Source: Paraspadella gotoi
Taxonomy: Eukaryota; Animalia; Chaetognatha
DNA length: 64,000 nucleotides
Assembly: GCA_051294375.1 (NCBI GenBank)
Contig: CM119263.1
Span: 27,692,533-27,756,532 of the forward strand
Reading direction: 5' to 3'
The stretch's first letter is position 1; each line of letters opens with the position of its first letter. The translations under genes and the position numbers were made by a program. The notes under the pieces are model-generated. The model was not told where the DNA came from. It saw only the letters and a list, made by a program, of their open reading frames with translations, and did no database searches. This document shows positions 10,857 to 23,695 of this stretch, in pieces.

Positions 10857-13133
10857 TTAAGCATGCATTAAAATGATCAGTGCAGGTAAAATTAGAAATA
10901 CGAAACAAGACAAATTTGCAAAATCTGTGACATTTTGATCGAGCCATCCTTTAAAATTATACACTTTATCAGTGATAAAATTATAATATCTATCTTGATA
11001 CTCATAGCAATGTCCTATGTAATTATTAGCCAAAGTTGAACAGCACTTGCCGAGCAGATCCAAAACGTCAAACAACTTAATTATTTCAACGCCGACGTCT
11101 GTCGACTTTTCCCACTTCAGATCCATTTTTAAAAGTTTCATTTTTCGTCCGTATGAGTTTAAAAAAATGTAAATACCAGAATAAAAAAGTGATGTTATCA
11201 AAATCCAAATTATCTTATTAAAAAAATGATTTACTTTCATCGTAAACAATGAATTAAAAAAAGGGAAAAATAATAGACAAAATACAAAGAAAAAGTTTTC
11301 GCATAATAAATGGTAAAAGTAAAATCGCCTAATGACTTGATGTTCAGAATAAGGACCGACCTTGCCTTGATATGAGCCATTCAAAAAGCAAGCATTGAAA
11401 AACTCCCACTCCTTTTGAGTGCTAAAAAATTGTTTAGCTAAAAATAAAATTAATGGCATCGCAGTTGAAAAAACTGTGCACACCACAAAGTGTGTCCGGG
11501 CAACATATTTTTTTTTCACTACAATTTTTTTTACTGACACTAAAATCATAAATGAGAGACTCAGTGGAAAAAAATACGTAGGCAATAAGGACATTTCCCT
11601 TTCGATTATATCATTCAACCTTTCTTGTTCAACTTTTTTATCATGTTCAATTTTTACATGCATGTTAATCAAAAATACCAAAAATAAAACGGATTCTAAG
11701 GCCAAAATATTTTTTAAAATATATTTTTTGAGCGTGAGAACTATTATATTATCGATTAAACAAAACATCATTTCCAAAGACAGTAATAAAAAAACTAGTT
11801 TGTATCGTAGAAAGACTAATACGCTATTTCCAAGTAATACAGGTAAGACATTAGAATTAAACATATTGGGTAAAGATGTCGATGGATATAAAGACAAATA
11901 GTGTTTTTCTACAGCGTTTTCAAATTTCCCAACATTAATGAAAATGGATAAACGAGTTTCTATTCTTTTTGTTCCTAAATCATAAAATTTCACCAATAAC
12001 ATTATCACTTTGCGAAATTTAGTGTTTCCAGAAGCAAAAAGCCATTTCATTGAAGAAAACGCAAAAAGCTGAGTCAATTGATGGCGGCTTTGGTAGTTCA
12101 GTCCAAGGGAAACAACAAAAAAATTGTATAAAATGACGATCAATCTCGAGAATGAATCGTCTCCTATTATTAAAACCTTTGGGTCATCAAAAAAATAATA
12201 ATTCTGCTTGAGTGACTTGAAGAAATAAGCGAGTTCTGACACGGTGAAAATGCGCATAATTAAAAAAGGGGGAAAAATGAGAAAAAGAAGAGAGTATTGT
12301 ACCGCGTGGGAATAAATGACGAAGAGTCCTAAGCCAAGTCCAATCGAGCCTTGAATGCTTCCCAAAATAATGCAAACGTTTTTTAGTGGTCCATTTTTAT
12401 TCAAAACCAACATTTGAGCCGTGCGAGATTGGACTATGATATTAACTAAAGAAGTTGATGACATGGCCACCGATAGAATAATGCTAGTATCTCTGATTTT
12501 CCAGCTACAACCAAATCTATTGACATAACCCCAAATCCTTTCGCACGAACAATTCAATTCAGATTTATTAAGAGTATTAATTTTTGAGTCATACAAAAGT
12601 ACTTCTCCATGGATGGGTTTATAGAAAATTTTCATTGCTTCTTTCACCGAATCAGCATTGGGTAAACATATTTCACTCTTAAGACTTATTGTCTTATAAA
12701 ACTGCGATGCTGTCTGAAGAAGAATTTGTAGGTACGACTCTAAGAAAGCTTGCAACAGATTTAAATTAAAAAGATGATTTTCTTTAAATTTCGAAATAAG
12801 TTGGTTGTCAAAGTCGTTGCCCAAAAAAGCGTCAAGAGAGAAAGGAATGATAGCCAAACCCAAAAGATGAAAAAATATAGTAAAACACTTTTGCCAAGAT
12901 GTCGTCCATATTTTGGCAAAATGGATTTTGTGTTTATCGACGATCATTAGACCGTAAACTGATGAAACTAGACAATGAAGCAGAAAAATTGCCAGAAAGG
13001 AAAAGCCGAAAAGGGTAACGTTGGGATCATCTGTTAAAAGATGATCCATGATTGACTTTAAATCTGTCGCCAAGTCCGCAACAGAGAGAACAATCGCTGC
13101 TATGAGTTTCAAAGGATTTACAGTTACCTCCAT
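10857..13133 (-). CDS. XK-related (Xkr) multipass membrane protein, divergent and extended
   Basis: 758-aa uninterrupted ORF in AT-rich DNA. N-terminal VADLATD and LQAFLESYLQILLQ match the XK-family D.xTD and E.FLES.PQ..LQ motifs, and many TM segments follow. Confidence 0.75.
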   Translation of the reverse strand: MEVTVNPLKLIAAIVLSVADLATDLKSIMDHLLTDDPNVTLFGFSFLAIFLLHCLVSSVYGLMIVDKHKIHFAKIWTTSWQKCFTIFFHLLGLAIIPFSLDAFLGNDFDNQLISKFKENHLFNLNLLQAFLESYLQILLQTASQFYKTISLKSEICLPNADSVKEAMKIFYKPIHGEVLLYDSKINTLNKSELNCSCERIWGYVNRFGCSWKIRDTSIILSVAMSSTSLVNIIVQSRTAQMLVLNKNGPLKNVCIILGSIQGSIGLGLGLFVIYSHAVQYSLLFLIFPPFLIMRIFTVSELAYFFKSLKQNYYFFDDPKVLIIGDDSFSRLIVILYNFFVVSLGLNYQSRHQLTQLFAFSSMKWLFASGNTKFRKVIMLLVKFYDLGTKRIETRLSIFINVGKFENAVEKHYLSLYPSTSLPNMFNSNVLPVLLGNSVLVFLRYKLVFLLLSLEMMFCLIDNIIVLTLKKYILKNILALESVLFLVFLINMHVKIEHDKKVEQERLNDIIEREMSLLPTYFFPLSLSFMILVSVKKIVVKKKYVARTHFVVCTVFSTAMPLILFLAKQFFSTQKEWEFFNACFLNGSYQGKVGPYSEHQVIRRFYFYHLLCENFFFVFCLLFFPFFNSLFTMKVNHFFNKIIWILITSLFYSGIYIFLNSYGRKMKLLKMDLKWEKSTDVGVEIIKLFDVLDLLGKCCSTLANNYIGHCYEYQDRYYNFITDKVYNFKGWLDQNVTDFANLSCFVFLILPALIILMHA

Positions 13134-14204
13134 CTTGTTATAATTTTCTCTGAAATGAAAGTGTCATCACTGTCGATTAATTAAATACAAAAGTATTTTT
13201 AAGATAGAACACAAAAATTTAAAAATCTTTCAAACCGCTCCAAAAAAAAAAAGAGAAAAAAAAAGGCACTTTTTCTGGAAGCAAGAGATTGCAAACTAAA
13301 TAGGGATAATGATGACAGAAGGAAGGAAATGTCAAGGAATTTCCGCTCAACATTCTCTCGACCGATAACTATTAAGGCGGACCATAATTGATCACTATTT
13401 ATCATTAGAAGTTCTGTAATATAAATTCATTTGGCCATGATATTCTTAATCGATATTTACTATCACTATTTTAACTAGCGAAGCACAGTATAACATTGAA
13501 GCATTTAAATATTTATCAATGCATAGGCAAGGAAAATATTTGTTTTGAAATATTTATTTTAAGATGCTCTAACGTTATTTATATTACAGAACTCTGTTGA
13601 CGCTGTTGACATTCTTTGAAAATGGAACTAGGACGAAAGTCGCGAAATGTAATAGTTCATATATGGAGGGGAAGAGGAGGATGAGGATCGAGTATAGAAT
13701 AAGGAAGGATTTTATGTTACCACGGGAGAAATGTAATGTAATGTAATGTATACAAAACGCTGAAACAGCAAAGAAGCAAAAAGTGATGAAAAATCAAAAC
13801 CAAAATAATCGCCAGGCCAAAAGACAACAACGAGACAGAGATAAGTATTTAGTTAAAGCTTCTTCGTCTCTTCTTTTTTTCTTTCGCTTTTTTCTGTATC
13901 TTTTTTCTCTTTTTACTTCATTGCCTCTTTTTCTCCCTTCGCTTTTTCTCCATATTATTTTCAAATTTTAAACTTTTCAGTAATCATTATGTTCAAACTC
14001 CACTCTTCTATGACAGGTTTGCAACATTTTTATTTTTTTATATTATTTCGCCGCTCCTTTTTCGAGTTTCTTAAACACGTTCACTCTTTTTCTTTATCTT
14101 TCTTTTTTCCTTTTAAATGTTTTTTTTTCATTCTGTATTAACCCTTATCTCTCACTTCCTCATCCTTCTTTGTCTTTTTTTCCTTAATAACTTCCTCATA
14201 CCTC

Positions 14205-14299
<95 letters not shown>

Positions 14300-15600
14300 C
14301 TCTTTTCCACTCTTTCTCCTTCTCCTCTTCGACATCAAGTTTTAAGTCTCTCGACCGAACTCAGTTTTTGCCCTTTCCAGTTCCGATACGCCCGAGCGAG
14401 CCCCGCGCGGAGGGCGAGGGAAAGTAGCGTGGGGGGCGAGTGGAAGGGCGAGGGAAAGAAGGGCGGGGGACGAGTGGAAGGGAGAGGGAAAAGAGTGCGT
14501 GCCTAGCGGGTTAAGGGGTTAAGGAAGTGGGGGGTAGAAGGGAGAAAAATGAAGATGAAAAAGTTTTAAAAAAAGGAAAAGAAGAGAAAAAAAACGAAAA
14601 AGAAAGGAGAAGAAAAGAAATAAGAAAGGTGAAGGAAAAAAATGAATAAAAAAAATTGTAATCAAGTAAAAATAAATGGTTGGGAGGATACAGATGAAAA
14701 TAGATAGGTATAGGGTGTATACTATACTGTAGATGAAATGTAGCGAGAAATGTACTTATGAATGTTGTCGTAAATTGCAGTTTGTGCTAAGTTGTGCTTA
14801 TGAAGCTAAATGGGCTGAAGACCACAATTCGTATCTTCTGTGCCCCCTCAGCAGCAGTGGAACTAGTCCTGGGTTTTGAACCAGGCTTGAGGGTTTTCCA
14901 CAACCGCAAGACGGTTTCCGGCCGTTCTAACGTATCCTGCAGGTATGTACTTAATGTTCATGATCTGATGGTATTACGCAATGAGCCACCGGGTTATATG
15001 TGGAATGTATTTATGTACTTATGTACTTATGCAATGCTCGACTACAAAGTCATCGTAGGGGAAGGTTAGATAGCACGAGAAATAGGAAGAGGTTACCATG
15101 TATGACAACGAGGTGGGAAAGAAAATGTAAGGGAAAAGATGGCAGTTGCCGAACTGTTGTAACTTATTACGAAGCTCCGTAAGTTATAAAATTAAGGACG
15201 AACCAACTCCGACGTACGAACACATGACGGACACATGACGGACACATGACGAGAGAGAGTTAAACAGTCTGGTTGGTTTTTGGAAAGTTTGAGATTCGAC
15301 CGAAAAGTCAAGACGTTGGACGTCGGGAGATTTATGGAGAAGATACGTGGAGGGGGGGAAGGAAGAGGAGGGGGGAAGAGGAGCGAGGGAGGAAGAGAGA
15401 GAGGGAAGAAGAAGGGGGAGAGGAAGGAGATGAGGAGGGAAAAAGAATAAAAGAAGATTTAAAAAAAAAGAATATAAAAAAATTAAAGTCAAGTCGAAAA
15501 CCTTTGAGAAAAAAAGAAAATTGACTTTTGACTTTTTCCATTTTGACTCAAAAAGAAATTTCGGATGATGATGACGATGACCTACGAAGACGAAGAGGAA

Positions 15601-15635
<35 letters not shown>

Positions 15636-16148
15636 ACAAGACGAATGAGGATGAGAAATAACGAAAATGATACAGAATGCTTAATTACATAATGCGATTG
15701 ACGACAACGACGACGACGATAGCGACGACGTCGTCATCGATGAAATGAGGACGGGAGAGTAGATTATCGAAATACGACGACGACGACGATGAAGACGACG
15801 ATGAAGACGACGACGAGACAACAATGAAAAGAATTTATTGACTTTAATATCTGAAAGATCACGGGTCGATGATCTCTTTGTAAATTCGCTGATCCCTTTT
15901 GTGTCGCGAAAGGACGAATCGACTTTCTTTCTCTCCGTCGGAGACCAAAGTTGATCGATGAAGAAGAAGAAGAAGACGACGACGACGACGACGACGACGA
16001 CAGTGACGACCACTTAAGACGATGACGAAGAAATTTGTAACCGGAATATATTTTAGTTATGAAACAATTCGTATAAACTGACAAGGAAACCAGCATCCTT
16101 TGGTAAGGCCGTCCAAACGACCTTCTCTCTCGCCATTTTCGATAAACT

Positions 16149-16243
16149 TTTCCTTACCTCATTTCCTTACCTCATTTCCTTACCTCATTCCCATACCTCA
16201 TTTCCTTACCTCATTTCCTTACCTCATTTCCTTACCTCATTTC
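16149..16243 (+). repeat. 14-15 bp tandem repeat
   Basis: TTCCTTACCTCATT repeated about 6 times. Confidence 0.9.
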
Positions 16244-17864
16244 TCGAGGTGGAAAATTTCATTCATCACTCCGAAGTCAACTTTTCTCTCTCTCGTTTTT
16301 CTTTTGTCTTTTCAAGTTTCCATTTACTTATAAGTTAAATATTTTTAATCTTTCCTCCTTTAAATTAAATCTTTTTAACAGTTCTGTTTCATTTTTTGTA
16401 ATAGTTTTTTATGTATTTATTGGTTTTTTTACGTATTTTTATTTATGTATATATGTATTTATATTTATTCATTTTTTAATTATTTTAACTTATTTATTAC
16501 TAAAATAGAAAAAAAACTGTTTGTAGAAATGATTTTTAAATAACATTCATTTTGCCTCTCAATCAGAGTTGATGATTGTCCTATTTTGGTTACTAAAAAT
16601 TCCCCCATAGCAACGCGTCATGCTGCTCTGCTTCTACTTACTTAGAAACAACTATCTTAATGGTTATAAGAAATAATTAGCTATAAAAATTGGTCCTAGT
16701 GCACAAAGATTGATGCTATAGCATATCAATCCTAGTCCCTGATTAGTTAATTTTAAATTTGATAGTTACCTCTAGTTTTTGATTGGTTCACTACTAATAT
16801 AAAAAGGGACATTTTTTGTAGTATTCTTGGGCGTTCCAAGGACCATAAGAGGTAAAAACACTGTTTGATTATTTTGTAACTTTTATTTAAATAAAGTAAT
16901 AATTTTCTATTTCTTTTAGCTTTAAGCTGACCATTTGCTACCAAAGTTTTTATATTCAACTGCCTCACTGTAAATAAAGGTACTCAAATAAAAAGATGTC
17001 TTCTTAATCCAAGGTCTTGATTATTTAATCTATGAAATTTCAAGGAATGCTCTAACTAACCCAAACACTGTTTGTAAGTGACTAAGTGTTGCAGCTTTCC
17101 CTCCCAACATTTGACATTTCTTCCCTTTCTCTCAAAGCGATGGTCATTTGTCCCGCTAATAGCGAATGTCGATCATCGTCCGCCAGGAGTCCAGAACTCG
17201 ATTGTCAAATCATCGGACAAAAGACAAACGACAAAGGCTGCTGGCGGAGTGGGCTGAGTAAAGACAGAGAGAGAGAGAGAGAGATTAAATAAAAGAGAGA
17301 ATAAGAGAGAGAGAGAATAACTAAAAAAAACAACTTTTCAGAAACGTGGCAGAATCAAACTTTACGATTGTTTACGCATTATAAAGTGCGACCGAGCGGG
17401 AAAGAAAATGTAAAGAGGCTAATAAAGGGAACGTTTAAAAAGTAAAAAAAACGAAAGAACAAAACTTGATAAACAAAAGTGGCAACGAGGAGAGAAAAAA
17501 AAACTGGAGAGATTAAGACTCGAAGGGCAGAACAAAGAGGAAGGAGTGTGTTGGAAAAAGTATGGAAGGTATGGTCCATACTATGGGATGAAGAGACATG
17601 TGGCATGGTTAGCTGCGAAACGAAGAAGCAGGAAAAGAGACCTATGAAGAGATAGGAAAAAATGGCGGATAGCAAAGAAAATAAAAAAAGGAGTTCTAAA
17701 ATAGACGAATATGAGGAATACATTATCACGTGAACATAGCATGTAAAAACTTATGATTGAGTCGGCTTAAAATGGTCAATGAGATGGAATGACATAGAGT
17801 CATGGACTCTTCCTTGGTAATGAGAGAGAGGGAGAGGGAGAGAGAGAGTGGGAGGGAGAGAGAG

Positions 17865-17973
17865 AGAGAGAGATAAGAAGTCTCTGCCACTTCTTTGGGA
17901 GAGAGAGAAAGAAGAGAGAGGAGGAGGATAAGAGAAAGAGGAGTAAGAAGTCTCTCACTCTGCCACTTCTTCG

Positions 17974-18019
<46 letters not shown>

Positions 18020-18049
18020 GAAGAGTCTTCTCACTCTGCCACTTCTGTT

Positions 18050-18088
<39 letters not shown>

Positions 18089-18182
18089 GAAGTCTCTCAC
18101 CTGGCCACTTCTTCGAGAAGAGAGAGAGAGAGAGGAGAGAGAGATAAGAAGTCTCTCCCTCTGCCTCTTCTCATGAGAGAGA

Positions 18183-18214
<32 letters not shown>

Positions 18215-18242
18215 TAAGAAGTCTCTCCCTCTGCCTCTTCTC
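17865..18242 (+). repeat. Compound satellite: (GA)n + TAAGAAGTCTCTCACTCTGCCACTTCT
   Basis: About 6 units of roughly 60 bp, each with a variable GA tract. Confidence 0.85.
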
Positions 18243-18318
18243 CGGTCGTGCGCGACGAGGCGTATCCTTGGTCTCAATGAACGAGTGAACGCCCGAATTC
18301 CGCCCGAATTGGAAAACA

Positions 18319-18332
18319 GTTGCCATGGTAAC
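18319..18332. promoter_or_regulatory. RFX X-box motif
   Basis: GTTGCCATGGTAAC matches the canonical X-box. It is followed by GC-rich sequence and by GTGAGT/GTAAGT donor-like sites at about 18410-18425. Confidence 0.6.
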
Positions 18333-19884
18333 TAACGACTTTTGACGAAAGCGGCGACCGCTGGGATCTTCGACGCTTTAGAGGACGTTGCCGCTGAGTA
18401 CCGGTGCCGGTGAGTTTGGGTAAGTTTTTCGCGCTTAAAATTTTTAATGATTTTGCGCACGGTTAAAGTCGCTTGATTTTATTATTCTTTTATAAAATCT
18501 GTTTAATAATTCAGAAATAAAAAGAAGCGAAAGAACTACCAACAACAACAACGACGACAAGGAAAACAACGACAATGGACAAAAGATGCTCTTCCCTTCC
18601 GCTCATCCAAAACGAGAACGAGCTTCTTTGCTTTTTCAGGCAAAGGGTTAACAACGGACCTTAGCCCCTTTTTCGTCTGGAGATTTACTCACCCCACCTC
18701 CATCACTCCGCAACCTGACCCACTTACCAAACCTCACCCTTTCAACCATCCAATCCTTGACCCCGTTGTGCAATCGAGATCCCCCCTCCATCCACTTCCC
18801 CCTTCGCTGATCTACAGTTATTCCATTTGTCTCCTTTTCTCGTCTTTTCTTTTTCCACTTTCCAAACCCGTTCTCCCTTCCTCGTGCGTTTAGCTCTTCT
18901 TTCCCCTTCATTTCCTTTGTAATCCCTTTCCAATTTCCTACCCTTTCCTACCTTCTTTCTTTCCCATTTTTTCTCTTCCTCAATTCTTTCCTTCCATATC
19001 CCCTACTCAAATTTTAACTTCCCTCATTAATCCTTATCTTCTTTTCTCTTTATTTCCTCCCTCTACTTTTTCTTACTTCCTTCTTTAAGTTATACTTTTA
19101 TCTTTATAGTTTTCTCCTCGCTTCTTTCCTTAATCTTTCCCCTATCACTTTTCCTTTTTAGTTTTCCCCCATCCTTTTAGTCCTTACCCTCCTCTTGCCC
19201 TATTTCACCCCCACCTTCTCTCTCCCACCCCCCTCCCCCTATTATTCCGGTCCGGTCCGCGAATTCGCCATTTCTCGGAAATCTTTGGCTCCGATAAAAA
19301 AAGGCTGTTTCCGGCGATCGTCCATTGTTGCCGTTGGGGTCGTCGTCGTCGTCGTCGTCGACGTCGTTGGATGAAAAAATATCTCTTGTTATTGTTTCGC
19401 ATGAAATTGTTCGAGGAGACCTTCTGGCTTGCTGCTTGTATTAGTTGCCTCTCACATTTGTTTTTATTCTTCCCGATCTTGTATAAAGGTTGTTTTTGTT
19501 TTGCGTTAAAAAGTTATATACTTACATAAATACATATACCTCGAATAACCCGACATAGATATAGTGGCATATCGCCGCTATCGGTAAAACTACAAGCAAA
19601 TCCGATGTCACATCATATTCTTTAAAACTTCCGCGAGTTTTACGGCAACAACGTCGTCACCTGCGTCGGCACTTACGTCGGCACCTGCGTCGGCCATGGC
19701 CTCTGCACCGGCAACCAAATTCCAACGACGATGAGAATGACGACGGGATCGAGGAAATGGATGTGACGGGATGTGGAAGGGAACGGGGAAAGGAAGGGGC
19801 GAGAGAAAGACTCTTGGAATATGGAGAGAAATTGAGACTGGATTGGATTCGGCGAACGACAAAGACTCAAATCTGTAGGGAGAA

Positions 19885-19925
<41 letters not shown>

Positions 19926-20224
19926 GCAGACCAATTATGTCGAAGAATGAAAGATTGGAAACGAGGGAAAGCTCAAAATACATGCTGCCGGGAATACAAA
20001 CTAGTTGGTGACATAAGTTAACATGATTTTTACATTTTTGAAAGTTACAAGATTACTTTTTTTACAATATTTTATAAACCCTTCATGGATTTCGGATTTT
20101 TACTCCATAAAATACTCTCATACGATGCGTGAGAGTACTCGGGCATACCTAAAAGTTTGTTTGATTTAATCAATAATTAATTGAACTTGTTTTCACATTA
20201 GTACATACAGTAGTGTCTCTTTGA

Positions 20225-20445
20225 AAAAAGAAAGTAGCGTCATAATGAGAAAACAAAGTAGCGTTTCGGTCGGAAAACCAAGTAGTCTTATTGAGAAAAC
20301 CAAATAACTTTTTTATCGGAAAACAAATTAGCGTCTTATTGATAAAACAAAGTAGCGTCTTATTGATAAAACAAAGTAGCGTCTTATTGATAAAACAAAG
20401 TAGCGTCTTATTGATAAAACAAAGTAGCGTCTTAATGAGAAAAAA
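20225..20445 (+). repeat. 24-bp minisatellite
   Basis: AAAACAAAGTAGCGTCTTATTGAT, with near-perfect copies at 20320-20435 and degenerate flanking copies. Confidence 0.9.
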
Positions 20446-20839
20446 AAGCTACGCATTGTCTGTTTGTTTTGCTCTTCTTCCCAGGAATTCCGTTTTTCCC
20501 TGCGGGAATTCTGGACCGAGGGTTCAGGTCACGCGGAGAGTCTCGATAAAACGGGATAAATAGGGTAAAAAGGAAGCGGGTTGGGGTAAATTTGGATCAG
20601 GGTAGGGCAAGTGGGGATCGGGTTGGGGTAAAGAAGCTTCTGTTTGGGTAAAATTAAATGAGTAAAATGCATTGCTGCTCTCCAATCCTGAAGAAAGATA
20701 TGCTGAAGTTGTAAAAGCGTGACCTCTACCACAGTCACATAAGATATCATCAACGAAAAGGACCAATCACAACAAAAGGCCGACCAAGTCCGTCGATTGG
20801 TCTATTCCGATGATGATATGATGACCTCAACTCCCACAG

Positions 20840-21760
20840 TTTTTCAGTTTCGTCCATCCCGTGTCGACCTACCAAGTTTTGGCTATCAAATCATGTTCCT
20901 TGACGACTATCCGGTTTTAGCCAATCCATCCATCCTGCTACATCCATTCCATATGATTCTTTTTCAGCTTTTTTCATCCGAGAATGCTCCTTCCCACCTT
21001 TGGTCATTCTTGCTTTAGCCATCAATCATGCTTTTGGCCGACTTTGCCCATCCAATCACGGTTCTTCCATGCTTCAACCATCTATGCTTCTTTGGCCATC
21101 CCATGAAGTTCCCTCATGGCGTCGATCGTTCCGTCATGATCCTTCCCATCTTTGGCCATCCCGTCATGATCCTTCCCAGCTTTGGCCATCACATCATGAT
21201 CCTTTCCAGCTTTGGCCATCACATCATGCTCCTTCCCAGATTTTAGCCTTCCCGGCTTAACCATTCCCGGCTTTAGCAATCCCACCCTGCTCTTTCCTGG
21301 CTTGGACCATCCCAACATGCCTTCAAGGCTTTTGTTACCCCATCGTGCTCTTTCCTCGCTTTGTTCATCTACTCATACTCTTTCCAAGTTTTGGTCATCC
21401 AATTATGCTCCTTTTCATGTTCTCGCATCCGATCTTGATCCTCCATGCTTATTCCATGCTTATTACATGCTTTTTTTCCCCAAGCTTTTGGCATCCTACC
21501 ATGAATCTAAGTTTTGATCATCCCAGCATGCTCATTCCCAGGTTGGCCTTGCTACCATGCTCTGTCGCGACTTCAACCATCTGATCATTAATAATCCCAG
21601 CTTCAACCATCATCTTCCCAGGTTCAACCATCCCATAATGCTTCTTCCCGGCTTCAACCATCCCACCATGCTCTTTCCCGGCTTCAACCATCCCATCATG
21701 CTCCTTCCTGGCTTTAACCATCCCATCATGCTCCTTCCCACCTTCAACCATCCCGTCATT
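20840..21760 (+). repeat. 30-bp minisatellite with a divergence gradient
   Basis: Unit about CTTCAACCATCCCATCATGCTCCTTCCCGG. Homogeneous at 21600-21760 and 21130-21240, degenerate elsewhere. Confidence 0.9.
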
Positions 21761-22350
21761 TCCAACGTGATCAGCACGATCCGCCCACTGGACTCCCCCC
21801 CCCAGAATTTATATCCGTTTTTGTGATCCCAAATCCGTTGAACGGCGAAAATAAAATCGGTAAGAAGAAAAGGATGAGCAAAAGCCTGAGGAGAGAAAGC
21901 GGTCGCCGCGGCGGCCAAAAGCGCCCACCGCCAGAAGAATTCATAGAAAGGCGTTCGAAAACTTACCCAAGCCGCGGGGTCCCGTCGTGCCTTACCCGGC
22001 CAAAGATGTCTCGTCGAAACGAAAAAACAAAAGAATAAAGAAAATGTTCGGCCGGAAAAAAAGTGGCGTCTGCTGCTTTCCTTTATTTCGAGCGTCAGCT
22101 GATCGCGTTGGAGTTGCCACAGATGATTAGCGATAATGATAACCGATGACAGTAGATGTTTGACGACGATGAAAAAAGACGCTTTTTTTCTCTTTCGTGT
22201 TCGATGTTCGATTTTGGTGACGCACGATTTTGGAATTTCGACGACGAACGACGACGACGACGACGACGACGACACAGAAAGAAAAAAATCCCGGATTCGC
22301 CAGTGAAAAATCGATAAGGAAATGTCACTCTCTCTCTCTCTCTCTCTCTG

Positions 22351-22431
<81 letters not shown>

Positions 22432-23626
22432 CTTCGACGTAGAGGCGTCACGCGCGTAAACAAAAAAAAAAAAAGAAACAAACATAAAACATCTTCGTCG
22501 CCACGCAACGCCGCCTCCTGGCGCTGGCGATTAAGAATTTTTTGGGGTCCGCAGCCGCTGCTGCAGCCGCCGTCGCCCCAGCGGCCGTGGCCGAGGCGGT
22601 CTCTGCAGCGGAAAGCGCGCGCGTGAAGGCATCACGTGCTGAGGAGTCGTCGCCGTGGGGCGGGCCCGTCACGCCTTGCCCGGAGGAGGAGGAAGAGGAG
22701 GAGGAGGAAGAAGAAGAGGAAGAGGACCCTGGAGAAAGTCGAGAAGGAGAAGAGAGGGGGAGCGTCTTTGGAAGAATAAGAATCCAAGCGGAGATTTCGA
22801 GGGGGAGAATGAGGGAGGAAAAGAGGAGGAGGACGAGGATGAGGAAGACAGGAGAAGGAGGAGGAGGAGGAGGAAGAGGAGGAAAACCTCGAGAGCCGGA
22901 AATGAGTGAGAGAAGGAGAAAAGCCGAAGTTGGAAATGAAGAGATGGAGACGGAGACGAATCGAGAGACGGACGCCGCCTGCTGAGGCTGTGGATAATCC
23001 CGGGCGAAACAAAAGAACACGAGGATCGGATTAAATCTGACTTTATCCTCAAGAGGGGGGGTGGGAGAAAAGAATGACATAGAACGGCAAGAATGACAAA
23101 ACAAAAAACAAAGCTGACAAAAAAGAAAATTACTAGAGCAAAAAATGACAAAAATATGACAAAAATGACTCAATAGCGATCTATAGTAATTGTGTTAAGA
23201 CTTTGCTTTCGTATACTTTGTTTTCTCGTATGTTGTAGCATTAGTGAAAAAAAAACAAAAAAACAAAACTTGTATTCCCGCAGTCATGATTGCAAAACTT
23301 GACCAATCACTTCTTGACTTCCGATTGGTCGGTTCTCTCTACATCTCTTTTTTTCTCAAATATATTCGCGTTCCTCTGATCCGCTCGCCATCTTTGGAGA
23401 GTTAAGGGAAAATGGGGTTAGATTGAGCGGGAAAGAAAAATAAGGAGAAAAAATAAAAGGGAAATGGTGAGAAAAATTTGGCATAAAAAACTGTGACACT
23501 GTGATGTATGTTATTAGCTCAGTTCTCTGAGAGGCGATTATTATGTAGAGCTTTATTTTCCGTTCCTATTTTTTCCACTTTTTTTATTTCCTTAGTTCCT
23601 TTCTACTTCATGTTCCTTTTTTTTGA

Positions 23627-23695
<69 letters not shown>

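Noticed and set aside
11419-11901. 160-aa + strand ORF
   Set aside because: Antisense shadow of the XK-like CDS.
14850-14935. tRNA or tRNA-derived SINE (minus-strand GGTTCAAAACCC, B-box-like)
   Set aside because: No cloverleaf or clear A-box could be built.
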